A DNA stretch of 64,000 nt, taken from assembly GCA_951406725.2 (NCBI GenBank), contig OX597822.1, positions 35,402,001 to 35,466,000 on the forward strand, written 5' to 3'. This DNA is from Octopus vulgaris (Eukaryota). Shown in pieces: positions 40,438 through 53,769 of the stretch; position 1 is the first letter of the stretch, and each line of letters starts with the position of its first letter. A model generated the notes under the pieces. The model searched no databases, was not told the DNA's origin, and saw only the letters and a program-made list of their open reading frames with translations. A program made the position numbers and the translations under genes.

Positions 40438-41200
40438 GCATATCGCGGTTCACCTATCGCGGTTTATTTTTTTAAGCTTGCGTCGATTCCTCTGTGGTAT
40501 TGTTTTGCATTTATAATAAAATAAATAAGTAAAAGAGTAAAATGAGAGAGAGTAAACCGTGTTCTATGTGAGAAATTCTACCAGTATTCGAAGTTTCAAA
40601 CTGTTTAGTTAAAAAGAAATTAATTAAAAAATCTGTGATTGAGATGGAATAGATCCAAATCTTCTCACAATGGTTTGGTTGACCAGAGGTCATAACAGAA
40701 GGTGCCAGAGGAATTGAACCTGTAACTATCAGATTGCGAAGCGAATTTTTTCCACAAATTTTATAAACGCTTTCAACATTTACAGAATGATGTTTTCTCA
40801 CATTTTTATAACTCTGCACTTTTGTAATATAAATCCCTTAACAACACGTATATAACACTCCATAAACTTGCAAAGAGTTCGCTACATTTTATGAGCATGC
40901 ACATTCTTGTACGCAATGGAATGTTTAGGCGTGAATTAATGTGTATTTTTACGTAGAAGCATATTCCTAAGTGAGGACGTGTTAATGGATGCGAGTAGGC
41001 GTGTGTCGTGTGTATTGTGCATGTGACTATATCACAGTGCACAAACACGTATGGGAATGTGTGCATATACATGTGTGTATGTATACACACGTATCTGCAG
41101 ATGCATATGCGTGTGTGCAAAAACGTGACCATACACACACCATGTTTACGCACGTACATGCATCAGTAGGTTTATCTGTATATATATATATATGTATATA

Positions 41201-41243
<43 letters not shown>

Positions 41244-41261
41244 GTATATGTATGTATATAT

Positions 41262-41904
41262 AGGTGCAGGAGTGGCTGTGTGGTAAGTGGCTTCCTTACC
41301 AACCACATCGTTCCGGGTTCACTTCCACTGCGTGGCGCCTTGGGTAAATGTATTCTACTATAGCTTCAGACAGACAGACCAAAGCCTTATCAGTGGATTT
41401 GGTAGACGGAAACTGAAAGAAGCCTATCGTATATGTATGTGTGTGTGTGTGCACGCACGCGCCTGTGTGTATGTTTGTGCGTCTGTGTTTGTCGCCCCCC
41501 CCCCCCCCCACTATCGCTTGACAATGGATGTTGGTATGTATACGTCCCCGTAACTTAGCGGTTCGACAAAGACATCGATAGAAATAAGTACTAGGCTTTC
41601 AAAGAATAAGTTCTGGGGTCGATTTGTTCGACTGAAGGCGGTGCTGCACCATGGCCGTACTCAAATGACTGAAACAAATAACAGAATAAAAGAATATATT
41701 TCGCATTTTGATGTTAATAACTCAATATACACATAGGCGCAGGAGTGGCTGTGTGGTAAGTAGCTTGTTTACCAACCACATGGTTCCGGGTTCAGTCCTA
41801 TTGCGTGGCACCTTGGGCAAGTGTCTTCTACTATAGCCTCGGGCCGACCAAAGCCTTGTGAGTGGATTTGGTAGACGGAAACTGAAAGAAGCCCGTCGTA
41901 TATA

Positions 41905-41972
<68 letters not shown>

Positions 41973-42220
41973 TACGACGGGCATATATATATATGTTTGT
42001 GTGTCTGTGCATGTATGTTTGTGTGTCTGTGTTTGTCCCCCTAGCATTGCTTGACAACCGATGCTGGTGTGTTTATGTCCCCATTACTTAGCGGTTCGGC
42101 AAAATAGACCGATAGAATAAGTACTGGGCTTACAAAAGAATAAGTGCCGGGGTCGAGTTACTCGATTAAAGGCGGTGCTCCAGCATGGCCACAATCAAAT
42201 GACTGAAACAAGTAAAAGAG
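41262..42220 (+). mobile_element. Two tandem full-length SINE-A copies (41262-41693, 41735-42220)
   Basis: Each has a complete head, linker and tail. Confidence 0.92.
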
Positions 42221-42312
42221 AAATCCTTCAGTATGAAACGTCAATCGAGTAGAAAGCGGTAATAAGAGCATGGAATGACAAAGGAAATAAACAATTAACT
42301 ACGAATTCCATT

Positions 42313-42394
42313 AACTTATAGCTGTTTCTGCTGTAAGGTGCAATGCACTCATACTTGAGTTCATGAGTATCACCTTATAGCTTCATCGGAACTT
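42313..42394 (-). ncRNA. Hammerhead-like motif with a long branched stem II
   Basis: CCGATGA agctataaggtg[actcat/atgagt]caccttacagca GAAA cagcta TA; stem I is weak. Confidence 0.5.
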
Positions 42395-42493
42395 CAAACA
42401 TGAAGTGCAGTTTATTTGTTAAAACATTTACACTTGTGTATATATACAGAAAAGCATTAGCAAATATATACAGGTGTGTGTGTGCATATATAT

Positions 42494-42878
42494 ACTCTTT
42501 TACTTGTTTCAGTCATTTGACTGCAACCATGCTGGAGCACCGCCTTTCATCGAAGAAATCGACCCCACGATTTATTTTATGTAAGCCTAGTATTCGTTCT
42601 ATCAGTCTATTTTGCCGAACCGCTAATTTACGGGACGTAAACACACTAGTATCGGTTGTCAAGCGATGTTGGGGGACAAACACAGACACACAAACATGTA
42701 CACACACACACACACATATATATATATATGTATGTATACGACGGGCTTCTTTCAGTTTCCGTCAACCAAATCCACTCACAAGGCTTTGATCGGCCCGTGG
42801 CTACAGTACAAGACACTTGTGCAACGCAGTGGGACTGAACTCGGAACCACGAGGCTGGTAAGCAAGCTACTTACCACA
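42494..42878 (-). mobile_element. SINE family A
   Basis: Reverse complement of the consensus. Confidence 0.9.
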
Positions 42879-43134
42879 CACACACACACACATATATGAA
42901 CACGTGTGTACTTAGTAACATTTAGATGCATAAGCATAGATATGTATATACGAATGTATATGTATGTGTGTGTATGTGTGCACACATACATATATGTACG
43001 TGTTATTCACATCTGTTTACCACACTAAATATTTGCAAACAGTTTGCTATACGTGACCATACATCCGCCCGTTGTTACACGTAATATATACATATAAATA
43101 TATATAATTTTTCTATATATATTTTATATATTTA

Positions 43135-43647
43135 CTAGCAGTATCGCCCGGCGTTGCTCGGGTTTGTAAGGGAAATAACTATATAAGCATTTTTAGAGAG
43201 TTACTTCCCTTATAGATGCCAATTCGGGCTTTCTTAGCCATTTCTGTTTGGGTGTCTTCAAGCCATGAAGTCGTTGTTCTAAAAGAACGCTGGTCTCCTT
43301 GACAACGCTTTACGACGTTGATTTCCTTACACTCCCTTCCCCACAGCTTCACGAAAGAGGGAAGAAGGGGGAGAAGCAAACAGGTGCAGGTGTGACCATG
43401 GACGCCAACTCCGCCGCCATCGACACACGAAAAATTATGCATTAAAATGGAATAAAAAATTATGTTAAATTATTTTTAAAATCGTAGACTCATCGTAGAC
43501 GCGCGCTAATACTCAGACGGGCTCGATATGAATCACGACTATAAGATACCCGAATTTGGTTAAACTGCACCGCAAAATGTGGGAGTAGTTAGGAATCTAA
43601 ATCGAAGGGGACATACACTCACACAACTACAGTTTTATATATATAGA
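43135..43647 (-). mobile_element. Non-autonomous Helitron
   Basis: A|TC start at 43647 and hairpin plus CTAG|T end at 43135; the last 70 bp or so nearly match 3970-4038. Confidence 0.8.
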
Positions 43648-43659
43648 TATACATAAAAT

Positions 43660-43906
43660 GATCCTTCTCGAGCCATGCCGGGCTCATAAGGGCCAGTTTC
43701 CCGGTTCCAGTGGCGTAGAAATTCCCCATCTGGACGGAATGCCGGTCCGTCGCAGGATTACTCATTTTTGCCAGCTCAGTAGACTGGAGCAACGTAAAAA
43801 TGAAGTGTTTTGCTCAAGAACACAACGCAACGCCCGGTCCAGGAATCGAAACCACAACCTTACGATCATGAGTTCAACACCTTAACCACTAAGCTACGCG
43901 CCTCCA
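43660..43906 (-). mobile_element. tRNA-derived SINE (family D); related copy at 53325-53575
   Basis: Head tagcttagtggttaagg...tttcgattcc and body gttcttgagcaaaacact...cctgcgacggaccggcattccgtccag. Confidence 0.8.
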
Positions 43907-43907
43907 C

Positions 43908-43979
<72 letters not shown>

Positions 43980-44199
43980 ATGTATGTAGTGCGTGTGAGG
44001 TTGTAGGCGGACGCATCTCAAAATTTCCAACCGTATAAACAATCCTAGAAACAAACATCAAAATAAACTGTAATCCTTCTTCACACGCCATTAAACACAA
44101 ACCCTTCTTTTACTCAGAGAACAATGTAGTCGTTGGAGTCAAGGTTTCCATGACCTTTGAAATAATTCCACTCTCTTTTGTTTCTAATCTTCTCCAGAA

Positions 44200-44820
44200 C
44201 CCTTCCTTTTCTTTCTCTTCTACTTCTCATATTTCCCGCCCTCAGCCTCATTTATCAGTCACACTTCTCTCCTCCTCCTTCTTCTGCTTCTTCTTCTCCT
44301 TCTGTTTCTTCTCCTTCTTTCTTCTTCTTCCTTCTTCTTCTCGTTCCCCTTACCCTCCTCCATCTCCTTTGTTTTTTTCTTCTTCTCCGACACCTCCTCC
44401 TACTCCTCCTTTTTCTTCTCCTCCACCGCCTCCTTCTACTCCTCCTTCTTCGTTTTTTTCTTCTTCTCCGTCTCCTACTACTCCGTCTCCTCTCCTCCTT
44501 CCCCTTACCCTCCTCCATCTCCATCTTTTTTCTTCTTCTCCGTCTCCTCTTCCTACTTCTTTTTCTTCTCATTCTCCTCCGTCTCCTTCTACTCTTCCTC
44601 CTTTTTCTTCTTCTTCCTCTCCACCTCCTTCTTCCCCTTACCCTCCTCCATCTCCTTCTTCGTCTTTTTCTTTTTTTCCGTCTCCTCCTCCCCTTCTCCT
44701 ACTTCTTCGTCTTGTTCTTCTCCGGTCGCTGCAGCAACTGCGAGGTTATAGTTGTCTTCGCCGTTCCTCTCTTTGAATTCTTTCCCTTCTTGTTCCTATT
44801 CCCTCTCTTCTCTCTTTTTT
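44200..44820. repeat. Polypyrimidine (TCT/CCT)n low-complexity tract with internal duplications
   Basis: tccccttaccctcctccatctcc occurs three times. Confidence 0.9.
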
Positions 44821-45603
44821 GCTTCCACCCACGCAAGGTCCTGGCTATGAAGTAAATAATAAGAGAGTCACAAGCATTTAAAATTATCTAATTTTAACCA
44901 GTCGGAAGGCGCCACTGCTGGACAGACCGGAAGTAATGACTATTTATTCCCATGAGAACAGCAAACAAAAACTTTACATCAGTGTTTTTCAACCATTTTT
45001 TGCCTATGGACCCCCTATTTTACTCGGATGAATCTTCATAGACATTCGATATTTAAAAAGTCTAGGTCGCTTGACGCCATCACCCCCTTCGACAAGAGTA
45101 TCATTGATAAAGAGCTGGCAAAATGTTGGCCAGCAAAAAATTATTTTGTGTCCAGGGGTGTCAGGTATGCAACGGTGTGGTTGCTATTTGACACCCCTGA
45201 GATAGCTTTATAATTATTATTAGGAACTACTTTTTTACTTGTTTCAGTCATTTTACTGTGGCCATGCTGGAGCACCGCCTTTAGTCGAGCAAATCGACCC
45301 CAGGTCTTATTCTTTGGATGCCTAGTACTTATTCTATCGGTCTCTTTTGCCGACCGGTAAGTTACGGGGACATAAACACACCAGCAGCGGTTGTCAAGAG
45401 ATGTTGGGGGGGGGACAAACACAGACACACCAACACATACACATATATATATATATATAGATACATACGACGAGCTTCTTTCAGTTTTCGTGTAGCAAAT
45501 CCACTCACAAAGCTTTGGTCGGCCCGAGGCTATAGTAGAAGACACTTGCCCAAAGTGCCACGCAGTGGGACTGAACCCAAAACCATGTGGTTCGTAAGCA
45601 AGC

Positions 45604-48120
45604 CACTTTTATTCATAAAATTGGCCAGGAAAGCCGTACACAGATGAGTAGCCGCGGGCTGGCCAAAAACATTAATGAGATGAGAATGATAATGATGAAC
45701 AAAAATGGAAGGAGCACCGGCGCCCGCTGGCCGATTACCACTCAAAATTACTTTTATTCAATTTTACACAAAAAATTCACCAAAATTACAAAATTTTTCT
45801 TAATCTTCCTCTTTCTCATCCGAGCCCCTGCATAAGTTCCCTGCCGCCTGCAGGAAAGCCTGCATCGGCACGTCGGAGTCCGGAAGAAAAGTAAATTCTT
45901 CCTTTCTAAAGGTCACCAAGACCTCAAAAAGTTCTTTTTCTGTTATGACCTCCGCAGCCACCTGCGGAGGCCAACTTGGACAGTCAATGCAGACCGAGTC
46001 GTAACGTTGTCAGTCGAGAAGTCTGTTCAAGAATCCCTCGACAGCCCCTCCTTGTGATAGAAAATGACGAGTTCCACCTCTTCGTCACGGGGAGGGGCCT
46101 CAGCCTGCACAATTTCCACTGTTTCCTCAGTGGCACAATTTCCACTGACGGAATCTTTTCTGCCGGTGGCACACATCCCATCGGCAGATCATTGGGATCT
46201 GACGGCGGCACATCAACATCCGCCGACCGTCTCCCATTTTTTTCTTTTTACTTCTTTTATTTCTCTTCTTTGGGCTTGCGGAGGTCAGGGCCTCTATCGG
46301 CTTATCCGTGAGGTCTGCCTTCTCTCCCGCAACTTGTATGTCTTTTGGTGAGCAACCATTGTTGCTCGCCTTTCTTTTCCTTTTCGGGGAGGCAACCGCC
46401 TCCACTACTTCCTCAGTCTCCCCCTCCAATGGGGTGGGGGCGGAGAGTACCTTTTCTTTTTTTCTCTGCTCCAGGGCCTTACCTCGGCCCTGGGGGCAGT
46501 TCTTTTTGATGTGGCCTGGTTCTAGACACAGGTGACACTTCGGGGGAGCCACCCTCAAGAATCACCGGCCATTACCAAAAAATTCCGGGAATACTAGGCC
46601 TCCGGCCGACTGGGTCCAAAAGATCAAAACTGCTTTTGACCCTGTCCGATCGGTCGCGGCCTCCACCCTGACACCGAGGAGCTTGGTTCCGCTACCGCCC
46701 CGACCTCTACGAATGAACTGTTCTATCAATTCATACCGAATTCTGGGCGGCATCCCACATACCCAAGCCCTCATTATTTTCTTCCCACAATAAGTGGGGA
46801 GGAACAAAATCTCATCCCCTTCTAGGTGTTGACTTTCCGCAATGCAAGCTATCTCAGGGGTGTCAAATAGCAACCACACCCCTGGACACAAAGTAATTTT
46901 TGCTGGCCAACATTTTGCCAGCTCTTTATCAATGATACTCTTGTCGAAGGGGGTGATGGCGTCAGGCGACCTAGAATAGGTCCGTAGTACCACCCTCCTT
47001 CTCTCATGGTTTTCAAGCCACTGCTTGGGTGGGACAATCTCCTACTCCAAAGCGGTGGCCTTATTTTCCTTCATATTAAAATGCCCACATAAAATAAACA
47101 ACAAACAAAAATTCTAAACACAGGAAAAATAGAGAAAACTGTTCAATAAAGGCAGAAGAAATGAAAATAATAGTTCATACCAAAAATAGTTCATACAAGA
47201 AAAAGGAAAAACAACAGTTCACAAGGAGTAAATAAAAATATATAGTTCCAGACAGAAAAAAAATTCAGGCCACAAAGGTATTCCGGCTCTATTCGATCTC
47301 GGCTCCTTTGCAGCTCTCAATTTGATGGTAAAATCCAGTTCTTTGCTTGTAACTAAGCAAAAAAAAATTTAATCTCTTCTTCAAATCCGTAATAATCAAA
47401 ACCTCTAAGTTGGTTTGAAAACAACAAAAATTCTTCTTCAGTTTTTCTCCACTGTAGAAAAACAACAATTTACATCAAATAATTCCGGTTTGCTTCTCGG
47501 GCTGTTCAAACAAGCTCACCGGCAACAAGCCACACACACTTTGCTTGCTAAACAAGCAACAAATTCACCGCCAAGAGTTAGCGAAAATGCACCAGGGCAG
47601 GGTAAAATATACCGTAATAAAAATAAGACAATAATTCTACCCAGCTCAGAAAAACCAAACCCACTCACCCTGACGTCGACCAGATACACGTCTTCAATAA
47701 AAGCGGAAGAAAAATTGTTCAATCTTCGGAGGCAAAGACACTCCCCCAAACAGCAGTTCTCACAATTATTTTAAAATTCTTCAAAATGAACAAATTTTTC
47801 GTAAGCACAATACTCCTCCAAGCAACAACTCTCATAATTAAGTGAGAAAAATATTCACTCAACATAAACCGCTAACTAGGAAGATGAATACACCTCTAAA
47901 CAAAAAATTCTCACAATTAAGCAAGAACCAGAATTCTGAATCCAGTAGGACTTCCTGTCTGTAGAAAAAAAATTCTCAACAAAAATTACCACTGGACCCA
48001 AAAAACCAGAATCCTACCTTACAATGGAGCTTCAAAATCTTTCAATTCGAGACGGCTTCAAAAGCATATCTCACCGCTTCAGTGCCAAACACAACACTGA
48101 CTCGCACATGCGCAATGAGA
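45604..48120 (-). mobile_element. Tx1/L1-like LINE (5' UTR, ORF1, possible start of ORF2) inserted in a SINE-A head with a 9-bp TSD
   Basis: TSD taagcaagc at 45595-45603 and 48121-48129; host SINE A at 45232-45603 and 48121-48152. Confidence 0.8.
45830..47074 (-). pseudogene. Disrupted gag-like ORF1 with a CCHC zinc knuckle
   Basis: ATG at 47074 is in frame, through two stops, with ORFs 46562-46993 and 46127-46558; CHLCLEPGHIKKNC knuckle followed by a basic/acidic tail. Confidence 0.75.
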
Positions 48121-48474
48121 TAAGCAAGCTACTTACCGCCTCTCCTGCGCCTGTGTATAAAAAAAATTGTCAAAACATTTTGTGCATTTTTGGGGTATAA
48201 CCAGTTTATTGCATTTAAATTTTAACAATAAATTCTTATATGGATCCTCAAGGGCCATTATATGGACCCTCAAGCACCCGTTCGAGACCCACTTTTTTAC
48301 ATGTTCTCTCAACCTGCTAAAAATAGCAGTCAAATCTTCATTAAACTACACCATAACGTTTAAAAAGAGAAACAAACAACACTTGTGCACAACACCTTTT
48401 GTTTCCTCGTTTGAGGCAGGCCTAATGGGTGTTCTTTAATAACATTTGAATTAGACTCAATCTCCAGAGATACT

Positions 48475-50070
48475 CTTTTGCTCTTTTGCTTCTTTCAGTC
48501 ATTTGACTGCAGCCATGCTGGAGCACCGCCTTTAGTCGAGCAAATCGACCCCAGGACTTATTCTTTGTAAGCCTAGTACTTATTCTATTGGTCTCTTTTT
48601 ACGAACCGCTAAGTTACGGGGACGTAAACACTCTAGCATCGGTTGGTAAGCGATGTTGGGAGGACAAACACAGACACGCAAACATATACACACACATACA
48701 ACTGAGCGCCCTTAAAACACTTACTGAGCCCCACAGACGGATATTGGTTTCAAATTTTGTCAAGGGCATAGTCCTCTGTACTGAACTTAGTACTCATTTT
48801 ATCAACTCCGAAAGGATGAAAGGCAAAAGTCAATCTCGGCGGAATTTGAACTCAGAATGTTAAGACGGACGAAATGCCGCAGTATGTTAACGATTCTACC
48901 AACTATGTTAACGATTCTACCAACTCACCGCCTTAATCAGTCCTAATAATAGTTTCAAATTTTGGTACAAGGTCAGCAATTTCCTGACAGGGATGAGTCG
49001 GTTACATCGACCACAATAGACATCAGGTATGTATTTTATCAACTCCGAAAACACTGCGACAAAATTTGAACTCAGAACGTAAAGACGGACGAAACGCCGC
49101 TGAACATTTTGTCTGGCGTGCAAACGAATCTGCCAGCAGGCCGCCTAGCTGCTGCTGCTACTACTACTACTACCACTACTACTAATACTATTGCTGTTCC
49201 TATTACTACTTTATTTGTTTCAGTAATTTGACAGCGGCCATGCTGGAGCACCACCTTTAGTCGAGCAAATCGACCCCAGGACTTATTCTTTGTAAGCCTA
49301 GTACTTATTTGCCGAACCGCTAAGTGACGGGGACGTAAACACACAAGCATCGGTTGTCAAGCGATGTTGGGAGGGAGACAAAAACAGACACACACACATA
49401 TATATACATATATACAATGGGCTTCTTTCAGTTTCAATCTACCAAATCCACTCACAAGGCTTTGGTCGGACCGAGGCTATAGTAGAAGACACTTGCCCAA
49501 GGTGCCACGCAGTGGGACTGAAACCGGAACCATGTGGTTGGTAAACAAGCTACTTACCACACAGCCACTCCTGTGCCTATACTACTACTACTACTACTAC
49601 TACTACGACTACCAATAATAATAATAATAATCCTTTCTACTACAGGCACAAGGCCTGAAATTTGGGAGAGGGGATTAGTTGATTACATCGACCCCAGTAC
49701 TCAACTGGTACTTAATTTATCGACCCCGAAATGTTGAAAGGCAAAGTCGACCTCGGCAAAATTTGAACCCAGAATATAAAGACGGACGTAATGCTGCTAA
49801 GCATTTTGTGCAGTATACTAACGATTCTGCCAGCTCGCCTCCTTAATTTGTTCTAACGATAGTTTCAAATTTTGGCACAAGGCCAGCAACTTCTGGACAG
49901 AGAGTAAGTCGATTACATCGACCCCAATACACAACTGGTATTATTTTACTGACTCCGAAAGAATGAAATGTGAAGTCGACCTCTACGGAATTCCAACTCA
50001 GAACTTAAAGACGCATGAAATGCCGGTAAGCTTTTTGCCGAGCGTGCTAACGTTTCTGCCAGCTGGCCGC
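48475..50070 (-). mobile_element. Cluster of SINE-A (48475-48700, 49212-49578) and SINE-B (48745-49145, 49633-49845, 49862-50070) copies
   Basis: Consensus matches, all on the minus strand. Confidence 0.85.
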
Positions 50071-50145
50071 TTTCCTGCAGGTCAATATTAAATGTAGTTT
50101 CGCTTTTCTTACGATAAGATTGTTTTACTTGGTTTGGTGGTGGTG

Positions 50146-50480
50146 AAGGCGTATGACTCAGTGGTTAGAGCGTAGAGCTTACGATCGTGAGGTTGTGTGT
50201 TCGAGTCCCGGACCGGGCTACGCGTTGTGTTCTTGAGCAACACACTTTATTTCACATTGCTCCAGTTCACTCAGTTGTAGAAATGAGTTGCGACGTCACA
50301 GGCGCGAAGCTGTATCGGCCCCTTTGCCTTTCCCTTGGATGTTATCGGTGGCGTGGAGAGGAGACGCTGGTATGCATGGGCGAGTGCTGGCCTTCCATAA
50401 ACAACCTTGCCTTGACTTGTGCCTGGGAAGGTAACTTTCTAGGGGCAATTCCGTGGTCAGTCATGACCGAAGGGGGTCTC
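50146..50480 (+). mobile_element. tRNA-derived SINE (family C)
   Basis: tgactcagtggttagagcg...gttcgagtccc, gttcttgagcaacacacttt, 3' end atgaccgaagggggtct; homologs at 63473-63810 and 63861-64000. Confidence 0.88.
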
Positions 50481-50640
50481 AGCGGTGGTGGTGAAAGAAC
50501 AACATCAATACCAACATTGTCATCGTCGTCGTCATGAACATTACACTTCATACGATAACAACGTTGGTAACCACTTCTTTTTCTACCAGTTTTTACTTTT
50601 AAACTTTGTTTACGATCTTATGATAGGAAAAGAGAAACTA

Positions 50641-51206
50641 TTGGGTTATCCGGAAAGTTCGTGCCAATTTATAGTAGCTTAACTTTCAACTTATTTTAGA
50701 ACATGGTTGAGTCTATAAAATAGAATTTAACTACACCTCCATTTAGAGCACAGCTTAAGCTATCTTTTCGTGGAAGAAGGTTTATGTTCCTATAATCAGT
50801 GTTAATTCTGTAACCCTTTAAAATGGAAGATAAGAAAGTTCATTTCCGGCACTTGATCCTTTGGGAACCAAACAAAAATTGCTGCAGCTCGGCTGGGATG
50901 TGTCACCCCACCTTCCATATTCACCAGATATTACTCCTTCGGATTTCCACTTATTCAGGTCTCTGCAGAATAGTCTTAATGGTAAAAATTTCAATTCTTT
51001 GGATGACATAAAAAGATATCTTGATGAATTATTTGACATGAAACCACCTCAATTCTGGGAAGAGGGTATTTTCAAGTTAAAGGAAAGATGGAGACGCGTT
51101 GTGCAACAAAATGGTTCATATTTGGCTGATTAAAAATGTAATGGCAGGTATGTATTGACCGTTTTCTTTCCTTTAAAAATCGACACGAACTTTCCGGACA
51201 ACCCAA
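50641..51206 (+). mobile_element. Internally deleted mariner transposon
   Basis: TA TSD, 30-bp TIRs ttgggtt.tccggaaagttcgtg.c.attt, N-terminal MEDKKVHFRH fused to C-terminal PYSPDITPSDFHLFRSLQNSL..GIFKLKERWRRVVQQNGSY. Confidence 0.92.
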
Positions 51207-52139
51207 TACATTTAATATCGACCTGTGGGCTTAGTAAGCATTTCAAAGGTGGTCAGTTCGATAAAAGTTTACTTCCCAGCATATATGGATTTCATTTTGA
51301 ACCTGTCTCAGACCAGTCGCACAGTTTTCGTCCCTTTTTTAATGCCTTTTGTTGTTGTTCTAAATGCTATGTTTTGTTGTAAATGTTATGTAAATGTTAT
51401 GCTTAAGCAATATTTGGCAGGTTGAGAGACCATGTAAAAGTTTCATGTGAGCTATTCGCATGCTGCTGCTGATGATGAGGATTATGATGATGGTGATGAT
51501 GATGACGACGAGGAGGAGGAGGAGAGGAGGGGGAGGAGGGGGATTCTGCAGATTGTAATGCTGTATAATTTTGCATTGAATATAATATGGATTCAATAGC
51601 ATTTACATTAGATTAAATTTAAAAAGAAAAAAAAACAGGAATGAGTGAAAAACCAGTAAATTAGAAACAATACAAGAACAGATAAAGACATTGTTTCAAG
51701 AACGAATCATTTTAATGAGAGAATATTACAATCAGAATCTTTTGCGAATTGCTTTTAAATAAAATTGACGTAAAAATTTTACATTCACTCCGGTGAGAAA
51801 ATGATAAGTATTAAACGCAAAATATTTTGCGGGTGTTATTTCTGTTTGTATTTTTAAACAAATGTTTTTTTCATTTTTTTGTAGAAACAATAAACTCCTA
51901 TTGTTTTCACAAAAAGACGTTTTTCATCCCTATTTTAAGACAAATCCATCATAAGCTAACACATCTATCCTTATAGCTACCACCTGCTGGTGGTTTAAGT
52001 GTTGTGCAGACATAGATAAACCATGTTACTATACTTGACTATGTCTGCTACTTGTGAAAAATGTACTGCGAAGATAGGACAGCATAATATATATGGGGGT
52101 GTATAAAATGTAAACAAATATATATCGCATGCATATAAA

Positions 52140-52200
<61 letters not shown>

Positions 52201-52544
52201 GGACTGTATAGAAAAACAAAAAACGAAGACAGGAGCATGATCAACATGCAAGCGTATTAGTTTAACGTTCGGGAAAATGAAAAAGTTTTTTACGTTTCGA
52301 GCCTACGCCCCTCAATAGAAGGGAATAAAAGAAAATAAGCAAAGAGAGAGAGAGAGAAAGAGTGAAAACACTTGTAAATGTCAGCGGTCCGGCTTGAAAT
52401 ATATATGTATATATCTTTATATATATATATATATATATTTCGTTTTGGGATTTGGTTTGCAAAATTCTTTATGTGAGTTCGTGTGTTGAAGCATATTCTG
52501 TTGTGTCTGAGGAGAGTCATTAGAAAGTAGAAAGTAATTTTCTT

Positions 52545-52872
52545 CAGGACTTATTCTTTGTAAGCCTAGTATTTATTCTATCGGTCTTTTTTGCCGAACC
52601 GCTAAGTTACGGGGACCTAAACACACCACCATCGGTTGTCAAGCGATGTTGGGGGGGCAAACACAGACACACAAACATATACATACATACATATATATAT
52701 ACATATATACGACGGGCTTCTTTCAGTTTCCACCTACCAAATCCACTAATGATGCTTTGGTCGGCCCGAGGCTGTAGTAGAAGACACTTGCCCAAGGTGC
52801 CACGCAGTGGGATGAACCCGGAACCATGTGGTTCGTAAGCATGCTACTTACCACACAGCCACTCCTACACCT
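52545..52872 (-). mobile_element. SINE family A
   Basis: Consensus match. Confidence 0.88.
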
Positions 52873-53728
52873 ATATTGTACTGTATCTTTTTTTTCTTAT
52901 TTTTATAATTTGTATATATTTTCATTATAAATGCTAAACAACGCCACGGAGGAATCGATGTAAGCTTAAATAATACTCCACGATAAGCGAACCGCGATAG
53001 GTGTACCGCGATATGGCGAGGGATTACTGTAATCTGAAATATTTTTCTCTTTGGAATCCGAGATGTATCTAAATAAGTAGACCAACGTTTCTATTTTTGA
53101 AGACGGTGTAGATATTGTACTGCACTGAATTGAACTAAATCCATTATAGGTTTCTGGTATCGATGAAATAGGTACCAGTAATATATTGCTATCTATTCAC
53201 ATGACCTTAGTACTCTTTGACAACGGGATATGTGCCTAAAAGAATGAATCATTATGCTTTGATGATGAAACTTGCACTTCCGACCCTCCATAGTAATATT
53301 AGCTCCCCGGAATAGCATCCAAGTTCCTTGCCAAGCCATGCTCATAAGGCCAATTTCTATGTTTCTCTGGCGTGTATATTTCCAACTGTATGGGACGCCG
53401 CTCCGTCTCAAGATTATTCATTTCAGCCAGCTGTGTAGACTGGAGCAACTTGAAATGAAGCGTTTTGCTCAAGAACACAACGGATACCCCAGTCCACGAT
53501 TAGGATTAGGATTCGAAACCACAATCTTACGATCATGGGTGCAACACCCCTAACCACTAAGACACGCGCCTCCACTTAGCTTGATGCAAGCAATGTAAAA
53601 TTAGTTTCTCTCACTTGTTGTTTGGTACGATCTCCAGAATTTTTCAGCAACCCATTTAAATGGAATGGAAATCGTTCGTTCTTTCAAAAATTTTTTCCAT
53701 AGAAATGTAGCGTTAAATAAAATTTGTA

Positions 53729-53769
<41 letters not shown>

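Larger units (their letters stand above)
44980..48293. mobile_element. Probable hAT-like MITE split by nested insertions
   Basis: Left end cagtgtttttcaacc..tatggaccccc; degraded right end tatggaccctc..gttcgagacccact. Confidence 0.4.

Noticed and set aside
44150-44855. Longest ORFs in the window (208 and 225 aa, poly S/P/L/F)
   Set aside because: Read-through of a CT-rich low-complexity tract
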